Shown: in pieces, positions 20,561 through 30,796 of the stretch
How the letters are laid out: the number at the start of each line of letters is the position of its first letter
How positions within the stretch are numbered: position 1 is the stretch's first letter
Assembly (NCBI GenBank): GCA_963813025.1
Contig: CAWEXO010000015.1
Coordinates: 64,001 to 128,000 of the forward strand
DNA: 64,000 nucleotides
DNA from: an uncultured Verrucomicrobiae bacterium
GTDB lineage: Bacteria > Verrucomicrobiota > Verrucomicrobiia > Chthoniobacterales > JAFAMB01
Reading direction: 5' to 3'
The notes under the pieces: model-generated
Told to the model about the DNA's origin: nothing
Database searches by the model: none
What the model saw: only the letters and a program-made list of their open reading frames with translations
Program-made: the position numbers and the translations under genes

Positions 20561-20577
20561 TCAAGAATCATTCTAAA
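20561..20577 (-). promoter_or_regulatory. Fur-family operator-like palindrome
   Basis: TTTAGAA-TGA-TTCTTGA, resembling the Irr ICE motif TTTRGAA-N3-TTCYAAA, upstream of the regulator-suf operon. Confidence 0.55.
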
Positions 20578-20689
20578 AAGGGGCGTGTGGGCGTGTCGGC
20601 GGTACGCAGAACGCAGTACGCCGACACGCAGTACGCCATTGACCGGCGCTCCGATCCTGCGCAAGTTGCCACCGGCTTTCTCCCCCCAA

Positions 20690-21871
20690 ATGAGACGTTG
20701 TGTTCTTACGCTCCTGTTTTTTGTTCTAAGCGAAGCGCATCTATTGGCCTGGACCGATAACGAGCTCACCATCTGGATGGATGCCGATCGGGTCAACGCC
20801 ATGCGCCAGATCGCGCAACGGTTCGAAGACCGTTTCGGAATCAAGGTGGTGCTCGAGACCCCCGAGAAAATCACGAATAACTTTCCGATGGCCGCCCAGG
20901 TCGGCAAAGGGCCAGACGTGGTGATCTGGGCCCATGATAAGGTCGGAGAGTGGGCTGACTCCGGCTTGATCGCGCCGCTGGATCTAACGGCGGAATATAA
21001 GAAAAGAATATTCCCGAAAGCTTGGGACGCGGTGACACATGCCAGGCAGATCTGGGGCTATCCGATCAGCTTCGAAGTAGTCGGGCTGATCTACAATAAG
21101 AAGCTCATCGACGGACCGCCGCCGGCGCAGCTCTCCGATCTGATCGCTTTGCACCAGCAGATTCAGAAAAAACATCCCGGCGTGATGACGATTCTCTGGG
21201 ATTACAGCAGCCCATATTATTCCTGGGGCGTACTGGCGAGCGGCGGAGCCTACATTTTCGGCCGAACAGACGAAGGTTACAATTTCGGCGATATCGGTGT
21301 CGACTGCGCTGGGGCGGTCGAGGCGCTGGACAAGATAATCCATCTCATTCAGATGGGTGTTCTGCCAAAAACCGCTTCAAGCAGCAGTATGCCAAAAGAG
21401 CTGATGGCGCAGGGCAAGCTGGCCATGATGATCTCCGGCCCATGGGACTGGCTGGACTTGATGAAACACGGTATCGATTTCGGCATGGCCCCTATCCCAG
21501 GAATTAACGGGCGACCTGGGAGAGCATTTATTGGGGTTTCGGCTGCTTATATCAACCGCATCTCACCCAATCGCGATCTGGCGAAGGAATTTTTGGAAAA
21601 CTATGTGATTACGGACGAGGGACTTCAGCTGCTGGATCAGGCAAAACCGATCGGTCTTCCCGCCCTCATTTCTTCCTATGAAAAACTATCGCAGAACAAT
21701 GACCTCCTGCGACAGATGAAGATATGCGCTGATTACGGCCAGGTGATGCCAAATATTCCGCAGATGGGACGTTTTTGGACATCGATGGGTTCCGCGCTGC
21801 AGCTTGCAACTAACGGTCAACAGGCTTCCCAGGCAGCTCTGAGCGAAGCGAAACGAGGAATGAGCCAATGA
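20690..21871 (+). CDS. malE: Maltose/maltodextrin-binding periplasmic protein
   Basis: GPDVVIWAHDKVG, LIYNKKL, AMMISGPW and MPNIPQMGRFW, all MalE-like. Confidence 0.85.
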   Translation: MRRCVLTLLFFVLSEAHLLAWTDNELTIWMDADRVNAMRQIAQRFEDRFGIKVVLETPEKITNNFPMAAQVGKGPDVVIWAHDKVGEWADSGLIAPLDLTAEYKKRIFPKAWDAVTHARQIWGYPISFEVVGLIYNKKLIDGPPPAQLSDLIALHQQIQKKHPGVMTILWDYSSPYYSWGVLASGGAYIFGRTDEGYNFGDIGVDCAGAVEALDKIIHLIQMGVLPKTASSSSMPKELMAQGKLAMMISGPWDWLDLMKHGIDFGMAPIPGINGRPGRAFIGVSAAYINRISPNRDLAKEFLENYVITDEGLQLLDQAKPIGLPALISSYEKLSQNNDLLRQMKICADYGQVMPNIPQMGRFWTSMGSALQLATNGQQASQAALSEAKRGMSQ

Positions 21872-22887
21872 AAGCCATTGTATATGATGCCCCGCGCGAT
21901 TTCCGCTATCGCGATGAACCTGAACCGAAGATTGAACCGGATGATGTTCTGATCGAAGTGGCGGCCTGCGGATTGTGCGGCACCGACCTGCACATCCATG
22001 AGGGCGAATTCGCGCCCGGCTTTCCATTAATTCCAGGGCATGAATTTACCGGACGGCTTGCTGAGCTGGGTTCGGCCGTCAGCGGACTTGCGTTGGGTCA
22101 GCGTGTCGTGGCCAACAGCAACGAGGCGTGCGGTAAGTGTTTTTACTGTCGTCGCGGCGATTTTCTGCTGTGCGAAAACCTGGCGGCCTACGGCGTGACG
22201 AAGAATGGCGGATTCGCGCAGTTGATGAAGATCAGCGCGAGCCAGGTGTTTCCAATCAGCCATCTGACCGACCGCGAGGCCGTCATGGTAGAACCGACCG
22301 CGTGCGCGCTCCACGGCATGGAAGTTCTCGCGCTGAAGCCGGGGAGCGAGGTGCTCTTGCTTGGCGCCGGACCCACCGGGCAGGTTCTCGCGCAGCTCCT
22401 GAAACTAAACGGAGCAGCCCACCTGGTAGTGGCCGCCCCAGCGGGGCCGAAACTCGATCTGGTCGAACGGTTGGCCGCGGACGCGGTTGTTCCGCTCGAT
22501 CGCAAGGATCCCGCGCCTCACCGAAGGCGGCTGTGCGAGTTGAGTCCAAACGGCTTTGATTATGTTATTGAGGCGACCGGAGCGGCCAAACTCTGCGAGG
22601 AGGCGCTGCGCTTCGTCCGGCGTCGCGGAACGATTTTGATTTACGGCGTTTATCCGGAAAAGGCGTTGGCGAGCTTTCGTCCATTCGATCTGTTCCGCAA
22701 AGAGGTGACAATCAAGGGCTCCTTTGCCCAAATTGATTCATTTGCTCGGGCGCTGGCCTACCTGGAGGACGGAAAGATTCGCGTGAACGAGATTGTCACT
22801 CATCAAATTCCTTTGCCGGAATACCAGAAAGCACTGGAACTGGCCTGGGCGAGGCAGGGGATCAAGACCGCGATCATTCCTGGTTGA
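21868..22887 (+). CDS. Zinc-dependent (MDR) alcohol/polyol dehydrogenase
   Basis: CGTDLH, GHEFTG, CGKCFYC and GAGPTG. ATGA overlap with malE. Confidence 0.92.
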   Translation: MKAIVYDAPRDFRYRDEPEPKIEPDDVLIEVAACGLCGTDLHIHEGEFAPGFPLIPGHEFTGRLAELGSAVSGLALGQRVVANSNEACGKCFYCRRGDFLLCENLAAYGVTKNGGFAQLMKISASQVFPISHLTDREAVMVEPTACALHGMEVLALKPGSEVLLLGAGPTGQVLAQLLKLNGAAHLVVAAPAGPKLDLVERLAADAVVPLDRKDPAPHRRRLCELSPNGFDYVIEATGAAKLCEEALRFVRRRGTILIYGVYPEKALASFRPFDLFRKEVTIKGSFAQIDSFARALAYLEDGKIRVNEIVTHQIPLPEYQKALELAWARQGIKTAIIPG

Positions 22888-22908
22888 TACTGGCGTCGCT
22901 CACCTCAC

Positions 22909-23383
22909 GTAGCGCCGACGGCCTCGTCGGTACTCCGGTAAACACGCCCAAGACGTCGCGCGATCCTCTCGATCCGGTGACGCTCAAGGCCGGGCTATGC
23001 AGAACTCCAGAGCGTGTATTCATCTGAACTAAGACCGGCTTTGCTTGGATTCCTTCGCAGGTAATCGCGAAAACTTTCCAGCCGGACAGCATCACGAACG
23101 ATGTGATCAAAGTATTCCCGCATCCACAGAGTTCCCAAACCTCGGCGAAATGTATTGATACCCGCAATGTACCGACGAGGCCGTTGGCGTTACATATCAC
23201 ACTCACAGCCTGCTGCGCCGTCGAGATCAAGAGATTGCGCAACGTGCTGGGCATCTCCCCCCGGTGTACCGACGAGGCCGTCGGCGCTACGTAGCGTTCC
23301 TACGCGGAGCCTGACGCGTCCTCGATGAACCGAGCGATCGCGCAAACTTCAAAGTCCGAGACGCTCGAGGCCGTCCGCGCTAC
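22909..23383. repeat. REP cluster of a second family (GTAGCGCCGACGGCCTCGTCGGTAC)
   Basis: Copies at 22909-22933 (+), 23169-23193 (-) and 23266-23290 (-), then a further GTAGCG...CGCTAC pair to 23383. Confidence 0.75.
22995..23160 (-). pseudogene. C-terminal remnant of a RAYT (Y1 HUH) transposase
   Basis: Hand translation: LWMREYFDHIVRDAVRLESFRDYLRRNPSKAGLSSDEYTLWSSA*. Flanked by REPs. Confidence 0.75.
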
Positions 23384-23608
23384 ATAACCTGGACTTGCGT
23401 TCAGATCCTCATTCCGGCCCTACCGGGACGGATCCCCTGGATGGAATTTATACCGGCAATCAATTGCCGGCCTATTCTCTTTTTGCTCCTCCGGAGCGGA
23501 AGCCAAAGTCCGACAGAGGCGGTCTGCGCCAAGTAAAGTGAGCGATGCACAGATTCACTTGCGACCGGTACCTGCCATGTTAAATATTCGATTCCCTCAA
23601 GGGCTCGC

Positions 23609-23689
23609 GCTCGGGTGGTGAAATGGCAGACACGTACGTTTGAGGGGCGTATGCCGTAAGGCGTGGGGGTTCAAGTCCCCCCCCGAGCA
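23609..23689 (+). tRNA. tRNA-Leu(GAG)
   Basis: Acceptor stem GCTCGGG/CCCGAGC, D-loop TGGCAGAC, anticodon arm TACGT-TTGAGGG-GCGTA, long variable arm, GGTTCAAGTCC. No CCA here; the CCA is at the far att copy (51687-51689). Confidence 0.96.
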
Positions 23690-23835
23690 GAGATTCCCAC
23701 CTTTAAGTGGTTGTTTTTGAAGAACTTACGTTTTAAGACGCTTGGACAGATTCAGAATCTCGACCCCCACCGCCTGATGCCCCGATCAAAATCCAAGACC
23801 ACTCCAGGCAAAACTCTTTGAACTCGGCCATACTC

Positions 23836-24010
23836 CTATCGACGTCTGGATCCAAACGATGAATATCGATGGTGATGGCGGACGACGAGAATTCGGACTT
23901 AGCGGCCAATGCCGCGGAACAGAAAGTGACAAGGAACCGCCGCAAATTCGCTTTGCGGATATCACGCTCCCGGATTGAAAAGGATTGTGGCTTGTCTGCG
24001 GCCTTTATTC
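23836..24010 (-). pseudogene. RelE/ParE-family toxin C-terminal remnant
   Basis: RDIRKANLRRF..HFLFRGIG.*VRILVVRHHHR, frameshifted; best preserved in the copy near 46860. Confidence 0.6.
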
Positions 24011-24115
24011 TCAGGGATAGCAGCGAGAATTCGCGAGAACTTCCCTTCGCGCGCTCGGGCGAGTTCAATAGCTGTTTCTCGACCCTGTCTGGTTAGCCGA
24101 ATCAAGACTTTCTTC

Positions 24116-24215
24116 GACTAACGGACCGACGTTCAGCGGCTGGGCGGGCGCTCGACCACTTCTCGAATCAAGAGGACCGCGACGCCCGCCGGCCCGCTGG
24201 AACGGCTGGTTATAC
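24116..24215 (-). other. Integron attC site
   Basis: Minus strand GTATAAC-CAGCCGTTCCAGCGG...CCGCTGAACGTCGGTCC-GTTAGTC; imperfect palindrome. Confidence 0.75.
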
Positions 24216-24343
24216 CGCCTCTAGTGAGGGCGAGAATATGTTCTCCCCTTGGGTCGAAAACCGCAGGCGCGGGACCGAGCGGGTTTTGGTCCGCCCGTGG
24301 TGTCCCCTTGCGCTTCCGAGATGCACGCTTCGAAGATGCAACC

Positions 24344-24829
24344 TCAACCGCGGCGCGCCGTCTCGATTGCAGCGATGTCGATCTTTTTCATCTGCATCAT
24401 CGCATCGAACGCGCGCTTGGCGGCAGCGGAATCGGGACCGGTTACCGCTTTGGTCAGAGCGATCGGCGTGATCTGCCAGGACAATCCCCATTTGTCCTTG
24501 CACCAGCCGCACTCACTCTCTTCGCCGTCGTTGCCGACGATCGCGTTCCAATAACGATCAGTTTCGGCCTGGTCAGCGGTTGCGACCTGAAAGGAGAACG
24601 CTTCGTTGTGCTTGAATGCGGGTCCGCCATTGAGCCCGAGGCAGGGAATCCCCATCACGGTAAACTCTACCGTCAACACATTCCCTTTCTTCCCGGACGG
24701 AAAGTCTCCCGGTGCGCGATGCACCGCGCCGACGGATGAATCGGGAAAGGTCTTGGCGTAGAATCGCGCCGCGTCCTCGGCGTCACCATCGTACCAAAGG
24801 CAAATCGTGTTCTTTGCTGGCTTCGTCAT
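24344..24829 (-). CDS. VOC/PhnB-like protein (3-demethylubiquinone-9 3-methyltransferase-like family), gene cassette
   Basis: CLWYDGDAEDAARFY, LNGGPAF and CGWCKDKWGLSWQI. Confidence 0.92.
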   Translation of the reverse strand: MTKPAKNTICLWYDGDAEDAARFYAKTFPDSSVGAVHRAPGDFPSGKKGNVLTVEFTVMGIPCLGLNGGPAFKHNEAFSFQVATADQAETDRYWNAIVGNDGEESECGWCKDKWGLSWQITPIALTKAVTGPDSAAAKRAFDAMMQMKKIDIAAIETARRG

Positions 24830-24849
24830 GTCACTTCTCCATCGTGGCG

Positions 24850-24910
24850 GGATAACGCCCGCGCTCAGGGGCGCCGCGATTGCGGCGTCCCTTGGAGCGC
24901 GTTGTTAGCG
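24850..24910 (-). other. Integron attC site
   Basis: Minus strand CGCTAAC-AACGCGCTCCAAGGGACG...CGCCCCTGAGCGCGGGC-GTTATCC. Confidence 0.8.
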
Positions 24911-24933
24911 CGCACAGTTTGTAGACAGCCTAT

Positions 24934-25228
24934 TCACGTCGCATCTGTAGCCATCTTGGCGCGCTGGGTCAATTCTTTCGCGCTTGGCTCGGCCTGGCTA
25001 AGCGAGCCAAACGGAATATCTCCGGCTGGAACATAGGTGCTCATCACAACGCCAGTTGTTGAAACCTTCGAAGCCACGAGCCGCAGTGCACATGGCCTTG
25101 CACCATTTTCGAACAATCGCTTTCCACGGCCAAGAACTACCGGGTACGTCCATACGTTGTATTCGCCAATGAGCGATGCGGCTTGTAACGTCTGAATCAG
25201 ATTGCCGCTGCCAATGATTTGAAGGTTG
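24934..25228 (-). pseudogene. Dihydrofolate reductase-like (RibD C-terminal family) protein, N-terminally truncated
   Basis: LQIIGSGNLIQTL...YPVVLGRGKRLF. Confidence 0.8.
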
Positions 25229-25611
25229 AACCACGCGCCAAGCCGAACCATTCACGATGAATAAGGTGGCGAGACACTCTGGCAGGCGGCCGCCCATGGT
25301 CCACGAATATACAGTTTTCCCTCTGCAGACGCACGATTCGATTGAAAACCTCAAGTCCGTTCTGTGTACCAGGTATACCAGCTGACGAATGGCCCCTGTT
25401 TTGCTCCCCGCCGCCAGGGGTAGGACGGGTCGTCGGCAGCGAAGAGAACCATTTCGAATCGCCCCATACAATTAAACCACCGGAGACAAATGTTCGAAGA
25501 ACAGCCGCTAGAATTAATGCGAGGCAAAGAAGGCAAAGTATCTTGAACGTCTTCCAGATCGTTTGCGACTATAAATCCGTAACCTTTCTGCTCGCATCAG
25601 CTTACATTCTA

Positions 25612-25653
25612 AGCCGACAATCGGGTTCGAACCGATGATCTGCTGATTACAAA
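25612..25653 (-). other. 3' half of a tRNA-Thr(TGT), likely an att remnant
   Basis: Minus strand TTTGTAATCAGCAGATCATCGGTTCGAACCCGATTGTCGGCT: anticodon loop, T-arm and acceptor 3' strand, with no 5' half. Confidence 0.7.
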
Positions 25654-26040
25654 CGCCACAGTCATTTGGGCGTTTGACATACTTACCTATGTAAATAGCG
25701 GCTTCGACGACCCTCCGCAACCTTCAAAATCCGCCGAAATCCCCTCGCAGTGGCAGTATTTGGCAGTGAAGTTCAACGCATGTTTTACGCGTAAAGAACG
25801 AATTGTTGTTTATCTTGTTGTGCGTACCAGCAACTAATCTCTAACGCAAACCGATAAAGACCACCTCTGCGCGGAGCGAGCATCGTCAAGGTGGAGCGCA
25901 GCGAGAGCGAGCAATACCTTGACGGCGCACAGCGAGCGATACAATCGAACGCTCGTTTTGGTTGCGGCTCTGCATATGTGCCCCGGCCTGGTGCACAATT
26001 ATTTTGCCGATTTGCTGAAACGTTATCACGGCAGAACTAC

Positions 26041-26905
26041 TCACACACGGTTGAAAGTGGATAACCAGCCGTCAAGAATCGGTAGAACCTGTTTAAGTTC
26101 CGGCGGTTTGTCGAAAAACATTTCGCGCATTGATTCCAGGTCTTTCGAGAGGTCCGCGACACGATCTTAGGGCGGAAGAAGTCGCAGCGTCCCTCTCACA
26201 GCAGTCGGATAATTAGCCCACGCTGACCGATAAAACGTCTGCTTATGCTCCACTACGGCTTTGAGCAATTTCTCGTCATTCGCGGCTTTGTCCGCTACTT
26301 TCGACGTGATCATTTCGGCAACGTCGCAGTAATGCCGGGAATAGCGCGCTGGAAAAGGCTTGTCAGCCGGTAAGTGCGCCAACTGATGGAGAATCGTAGC
26401 TTTTTCCCAAAATGTGCGCCTAACGTCCATCACTTTGACCTCGATCCTTGATTCCTGCATGGCATCGCGGATTGCCTCCGCCAAGTAAGGCTGCACTTTT
26501 TTAATCTCTGCAGGCCAATGATCGGAGCGCGCGCCAAACTCGATCTTTACGGATGGCCGAAGGTATGCGGTCGCATCCTGTGTCAACCCTGTTCGAGGAT
26601 AAGCGAAAGCAAGCGACTGTTGATCAGGATCGGTATCATCCTTCCTTAGTGTGCCATTCTCCTTGAGTCTCTGATCTCTAATCATCTGGTCTAGCTCCGG
26701 CAAAACTCTTTCGAAAATTCGCAATTTCGCGGCATCAGCTAACGCATCGACCCGACGTGTCCGGGCCTTGTTAGACAGTTTTGGATTGGCTCGATCGTTC
26801 TCTCCGCCAAATCCAAGGCTATCCCGCTGGATAGAAATATCGATGTCTTCGGAAAAGCGGCGGATCAGTCGGTAGGCCTTCGACAAAGATGTGCCACCTT
26901 TGAAA
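26041..26905 (-). pseudogene. AbiEii-family nucleotidyltransferase toxin (type IV TA)
   Basis: FKGGTSLSKAYRLIRRFSEDIDI. N-terminus lost; in-frame TAA at 26167-26169 followed by a conserved-looking tail DRVADLSKDLESMREMFF. Confidence 0.85.
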
Positions 26906-27010
26906 TCGAGTTTCGACCAACTGAGATCGAATATTACGTCGAGGCTAAGGAACTGGAGGGCTCTGCTCCCGCCAGTGCGGCAAGGACGTTGCAGCACAAC
27001 TCGCGGCTTG

Positions 27011-27391
27011 ATGCCGATCGCGCCTAACGAGGACATCGTCCGCGCGATTTTGACGGACAAGTGGGATGGCCAACGTGTCTCTCCAAGTTTATTCCGCGGG
27101 CAGAACGTCTTCGTTAGTCGTCTGTCAGTATTCCCGCTTGCCGACCACTGGGATATTTTTCGGGCGCGCCTGGAAAATCCGCCGGAACGCCGGCTGGAAC
27201 GAATCGGCGAAATCAACGTCGGTCAGCTCCAGCAGATTGGTCGCGACTACAAAGATCCCGTCGAATTAACGGTCGAGGCTAAACCGGAAGATTGGAATCA
27301 AGCACACGCGGAAGTTCCGGAGAAGATCACGAAGGGATTGTCGAGAAGAATCGTTAACGCGCTCACGCTTCACAGTCCACCCGACGATTAG
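27011..27391 (+). CDS. Hypothetical protein, possibly toxin-like
   Basis: Intact 126-aa ORF with an R...VSRL...HAEV pattern; no confident family. Confidence 0.55.
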   Translation: MPIAPNEDIVRAILTDKWDGQRVSPSLFRGQNVFVSRLSVFPLADHWDIFRARLENPPERRLERIGEINVGQLQQIGRDYKDPVELTVEAKPEDWNQAHAEVPEKITKGLSRRIVNALTLHSPPDD

Positions 27392-27413
27392 TCACGACGG
27401 GGCAAAGATTCAA

Positions 27414-28055
27414 TTAAACCCGATGGTTAGTTCCTAGGTTCTTCAACGAAGAGCACAGCGGACATTTCGGAAAATCTTGTGATCCGTCGAACTTCGAATC
27501 TCTCGCTTCGGTGCGGCAAGGACCTAACGATGCCAGCGCACGAATCTGCTCGGCTAGCGTGTAAAACACATTAGCACTGTACTTGCCGGTGATGATCTCG
27601 GCAGCAGCCTTGGGCACATGAGGGAGAGTACCCGCCAGCGGCTCCCGAAGGTAATGAAAACCGAAATTATCTCGGATAGTTCTGGCGAGGTTAGGTTGGG
27701 CAAAATATTTCCCTAAAAACTCCAGCGCCGTCCGGGCGGGATCGCTTAGCCGTGCGTGCCAGTTCTTGCCGAGTGCTTGGCCGTTCCATTCGGAATCGAT
27801 TACCTTCCAGCCTTCGAGCAAAATGCTGTAGATCAACCGAACGCCGAAAAGCCGCTGATGCGTGGCGAGCTTTCGTCCGTCTGCGGAGGTCGAATGTGTT
27901 CCTTTTTCTGCGCCCACGCACAGGTGGAACACGTGTCGTAGGTCATCCATTGCGTTTGCGAGCCTGACGAAAAAGAGTTGTTCTGGTTCTGACAGCTTCA
28001 AAAATTCTGCATAATCGAAGGTCAATCGGTAAAGCTGAAGACTATCTGCGGGCAT
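27414..28055 (-). CDS. Hypothetical protein with HEPN-like RX5H motif, probably C-terminally truncated
   Basis: Probably helical protein containing IRDNFGFHY. Confidence 0.55.
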   Translation of the reverse strand: MPADSLQLYRLTFDYAEFLKLSEPEQLFFVRLANAMDDLRHVFHLCVGAEKGTHSTSADGRKLATHQRLFGVRLIYSILLEGWKVIDSEWNGQALGKNWHARLSDPARTALEFLGKYFAQPNLARTIRDNFGFHYLREPLAGTLPHVPKAAAEIITGKYSANVFYTLAEQIRALASLGPCRTEARDSKFDGSQDFPKCPLCSSLKNLGTNHRV

Positions 28056-29111
28056 TGTTCTGCATCTCTGACTTCGCTCCGTTTGCAACCATTTGGGTAC
28101 AAAAAAACGCGCGCTGGTTTCAACAGCGCGCGTTTCCTGGCTGCTCTCGGGAAGACAGCGTTAGCGGGTTGGGGTGTCGGTGGCGGCACGTTCGACGTTT
28201 GGGTGAGTCCGCTCCGGCGCTGCGATTTGCGGACGTATCCCATGGCGCCGTACAGATCCGAGTCTGAGCCGTATTCCGGATTTCCGATCACGCCGGCAAC
28301 GACGAGCGCGGCAACTTTCTCGTCGCGCGTGACGCGTTTGGTCTCGCGCTGCGCTTCAGCTTCGGCAATCGCTGTCTCGGCATCGAGCGCATCCTGGATC
28401 GCAGTCTCGTAGGTGGGATCTCGTCGCGACGCCGCCGAATTCGAACGCGGGCGCAAGCTGCGTCCACGCTGCATCGGAATCGAATCACTAACGTTGTCGT
28501 GCTGGTGTTGAAGTATCAGTGGAGCAAGTGGAAACTTGTTCGCAGACCATCTTTTCAAACGACTGCAAATGGCTGAACAAAGAAGAATCGATGCGGGATG
28601 GGAGGTGTATGAGCACCATTGTCGACCCGGCCACCGGTATACGCTGAAATTGCCGGATGGCAGCTCGATGCGTATGCTGTTTAAGGGAACGGTACCAACC
28701 AAGGAGGACCTCCCAAAAGTTGGCAATCAAATCGGTGACTTCTGGGGTATCGCGGGTGATCCGCATTTCTGAGTGTGGACTTCGGAGGCGGTGCTATCGC
28801 CACTTGGATCGATCCCTAATGCAGAAAAGAGGCAGTCTTCATCGCTAAACAGAAACGACATCCAATCGCTGACCAGTTTAGCGATTGCGTGATTGTTAAG
28901 ATTAAACGGTTCGGTCAGGTCCTGAGTGCGGTTACTTCTAGTGAGGTGACCCCCACGACCTTCCCCGCGAATCGCAAGCGTTACCATTCGTGAATCTTAA
29001 TGGTTAAATAAACATTACATTCTGGCCGCACCCTTCCGAAAGCAACGCCCAGGTTTGACTCCGGGGTGACAAAAACGAGGCCGGAACAGGCTCGCGAACG
29101 GAGAGAAAACC

Positions 29112-30562
29112 ATGTCTTTAGCTCAAGCGGCCTCTGTCACTGCACGCCTCGATCGGCTACCATCGTCGCCCTATCTGTGGCGGCTTCTGGTTCTGCTGTC
29201 GCTTGGCGGCTTCTTCGAGGTCTACGACCTCTTCCTGACCGCCTATGTCACGCCTGGCCTCATTCGCGACAATATTTTCCTTGAATCGAATAAAGGGCTG
29301 TTCGGCCTGACCGACCAGGCGACCTTCGCCGCCGCAATGTTCGCTGGACTATTCGTCGGAACCATCCTGTTCGGCTGGGTTGCCGACAAATATGGGCGGC
29401 GTAACATCTTCACTTTCGCGCTTCTGTGGTACGCCGCCGCAACCGCCATCATGGCCTTCCAGAGTACGCGCCTCGGCGTCAATCTGTGGCGCTTCGTCAC
29501 CGGTGTCGGGGTGGCGTCGAATTCATCACCATCGACGCCTATGTGAGCGAACTTATGCCGAAGGCGCTGCGCGGCCGAGCCTTCGCCATCAGTCAGGCGA
29601 TCGCGTTCCTTGCAGCGCCCGTCGGGACGTTCCTCGCCTGGCAACGCGTGCCGCTCCATCCATTTGGCATCTCGGGCTGGCGCATTGTGGTGCTGGTGCC
29701 GGTGATCGGCGCGCTTCTCGTCTGGTGGATCCGCCGCGAAGTGCCCGAATCGCCGCGCTGGCTCGCCCAGCATGGCAAGGTGGACGAAGCCGAAAAGGTG
29801 ATGGCCGGGATCGAAACGCGCATCGCTGCTGAGACAGGGAAGCCCTTGCCTGGGCCGGGACGCCCGGTGGAGGAAATCGGCAGCGCAAGCTTCTCGGAAA
29901 TCTGGAAGCCGCCCTACGCGCAGCGGGCGATCATGCTGGCGATCTTCAACTTCTTTCAGACGATCGGCTTTTACGGCTTTGCTAACTGGGTGCCGCAGCT
30001 CCTCGCCTCCCAGGGTGCAAGTTTCACCAAGAGCCTGCAATATGGCTTCATCATCGCGCTCGTCTATCCCTTGGGGCCCTTCATCTGCAGCCTGTTCGCC
30101 GACAAGATCGAGCGGAAATGGCAGATCGTCAGTGCCGCGCTCGGCACGGCGACATTCGGCCTGATCTTCGCGCGCATGTCCGAGCCCCTACTGATGGTGA
30201 TCCTCGGGAGCTTGATCACGACGACCAACAACTTGCTGTCCGTTGCCTATCACGCCTATCAGGCAGAGCTGTTCCCCACCCGCATCCGAGCCCGAGCGGT
30301 CGGCTTCGTCTATTCGTTCAGCCGCGTCTCGACCGTGTTCACGAGCTTCATGATCGCCTTCTTCCTGCAAAATTTCGGCACGAGCGGGGTGTTCGCCTTC
30401 ATCGCCTTCGCCATGGTGGTCGTCATGATCTCGATCGGCGTCTTCGGGCCGCGCACCAATAATCTCGCGCTCGAAGAGATCTCGCAACCTAGATCCATGT
30501 CCCATCCGCTGTCCGGCATTCGCGTTGTCGAGTTCCGGATTTTCTTACCAAAGGGAAAATAA
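29112..30562 (+). pseudogene. MFS transporter split by a frameshift near 29510
   Basis: ORF 29112-29546 (ADKYGRR motif) and ORF 29426-30562 (PESPRWL, ELFPTRIRA) join into one MFS. Could be a sequencing error. Confidence 0.85.
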
Positions 30563-30796
30563 AGCACGGTAAGGACTCCCTTACCCTCGGGAACGATGAG
30601 CGGAGTGTCAGGCCATTAGACAAAGTGAGCACACGGAAAAAAAGAAGGTATTCGGACCCGGATTGTGCGTGAAACGGGCTTAAATCAAATCCTGATGCGT
30701 TTTCTTTTGGCCAAATCGCCCACAAGAAGCCTTAACGTGCTAAAATTCCTTTTAGTAGACGCGACCCTTTTGGCCTTTTCCGTTGTCTCCCTATCG

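Larger units (their letters stand above)
23667..25085. repeat. ~1.4 kb direct duplication, copy 1 (copy 2 ~42848-44262; partial copy ~46765-47005)
   Basis: Colinear, near-identical sequence starting exactly at the att core. Confidence 0.92.

Noticed and set aside
22909..23290. Possible CRISPR array of 25-bp palindromic repeats
   Set aside because: Mixed orientation, irregular spacing and no cas genes; the GTAG ends and RAYT remnant indicate REPs.
23733..24068. 111-aa ORF duplicated at 42906-43247 as a novel conserved gene
   Set aside because: Better explained as a partly out-of-frame reading of fused toxin/antitoxin remnants inside the duplication.
26167..27216. Full-length 349-aa AbiEii as given in the ORF track
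   Set aside because: The first ~100 aa are antisense to another ORF; the real N-terminus is missing and there is a premature stop.
29500..29525. Programmed frameshift in the MFS gene
   Set aside because: No slippery heptamer or evident stimulator; a simple indel in a decaying island or a sequencing error is more likely.
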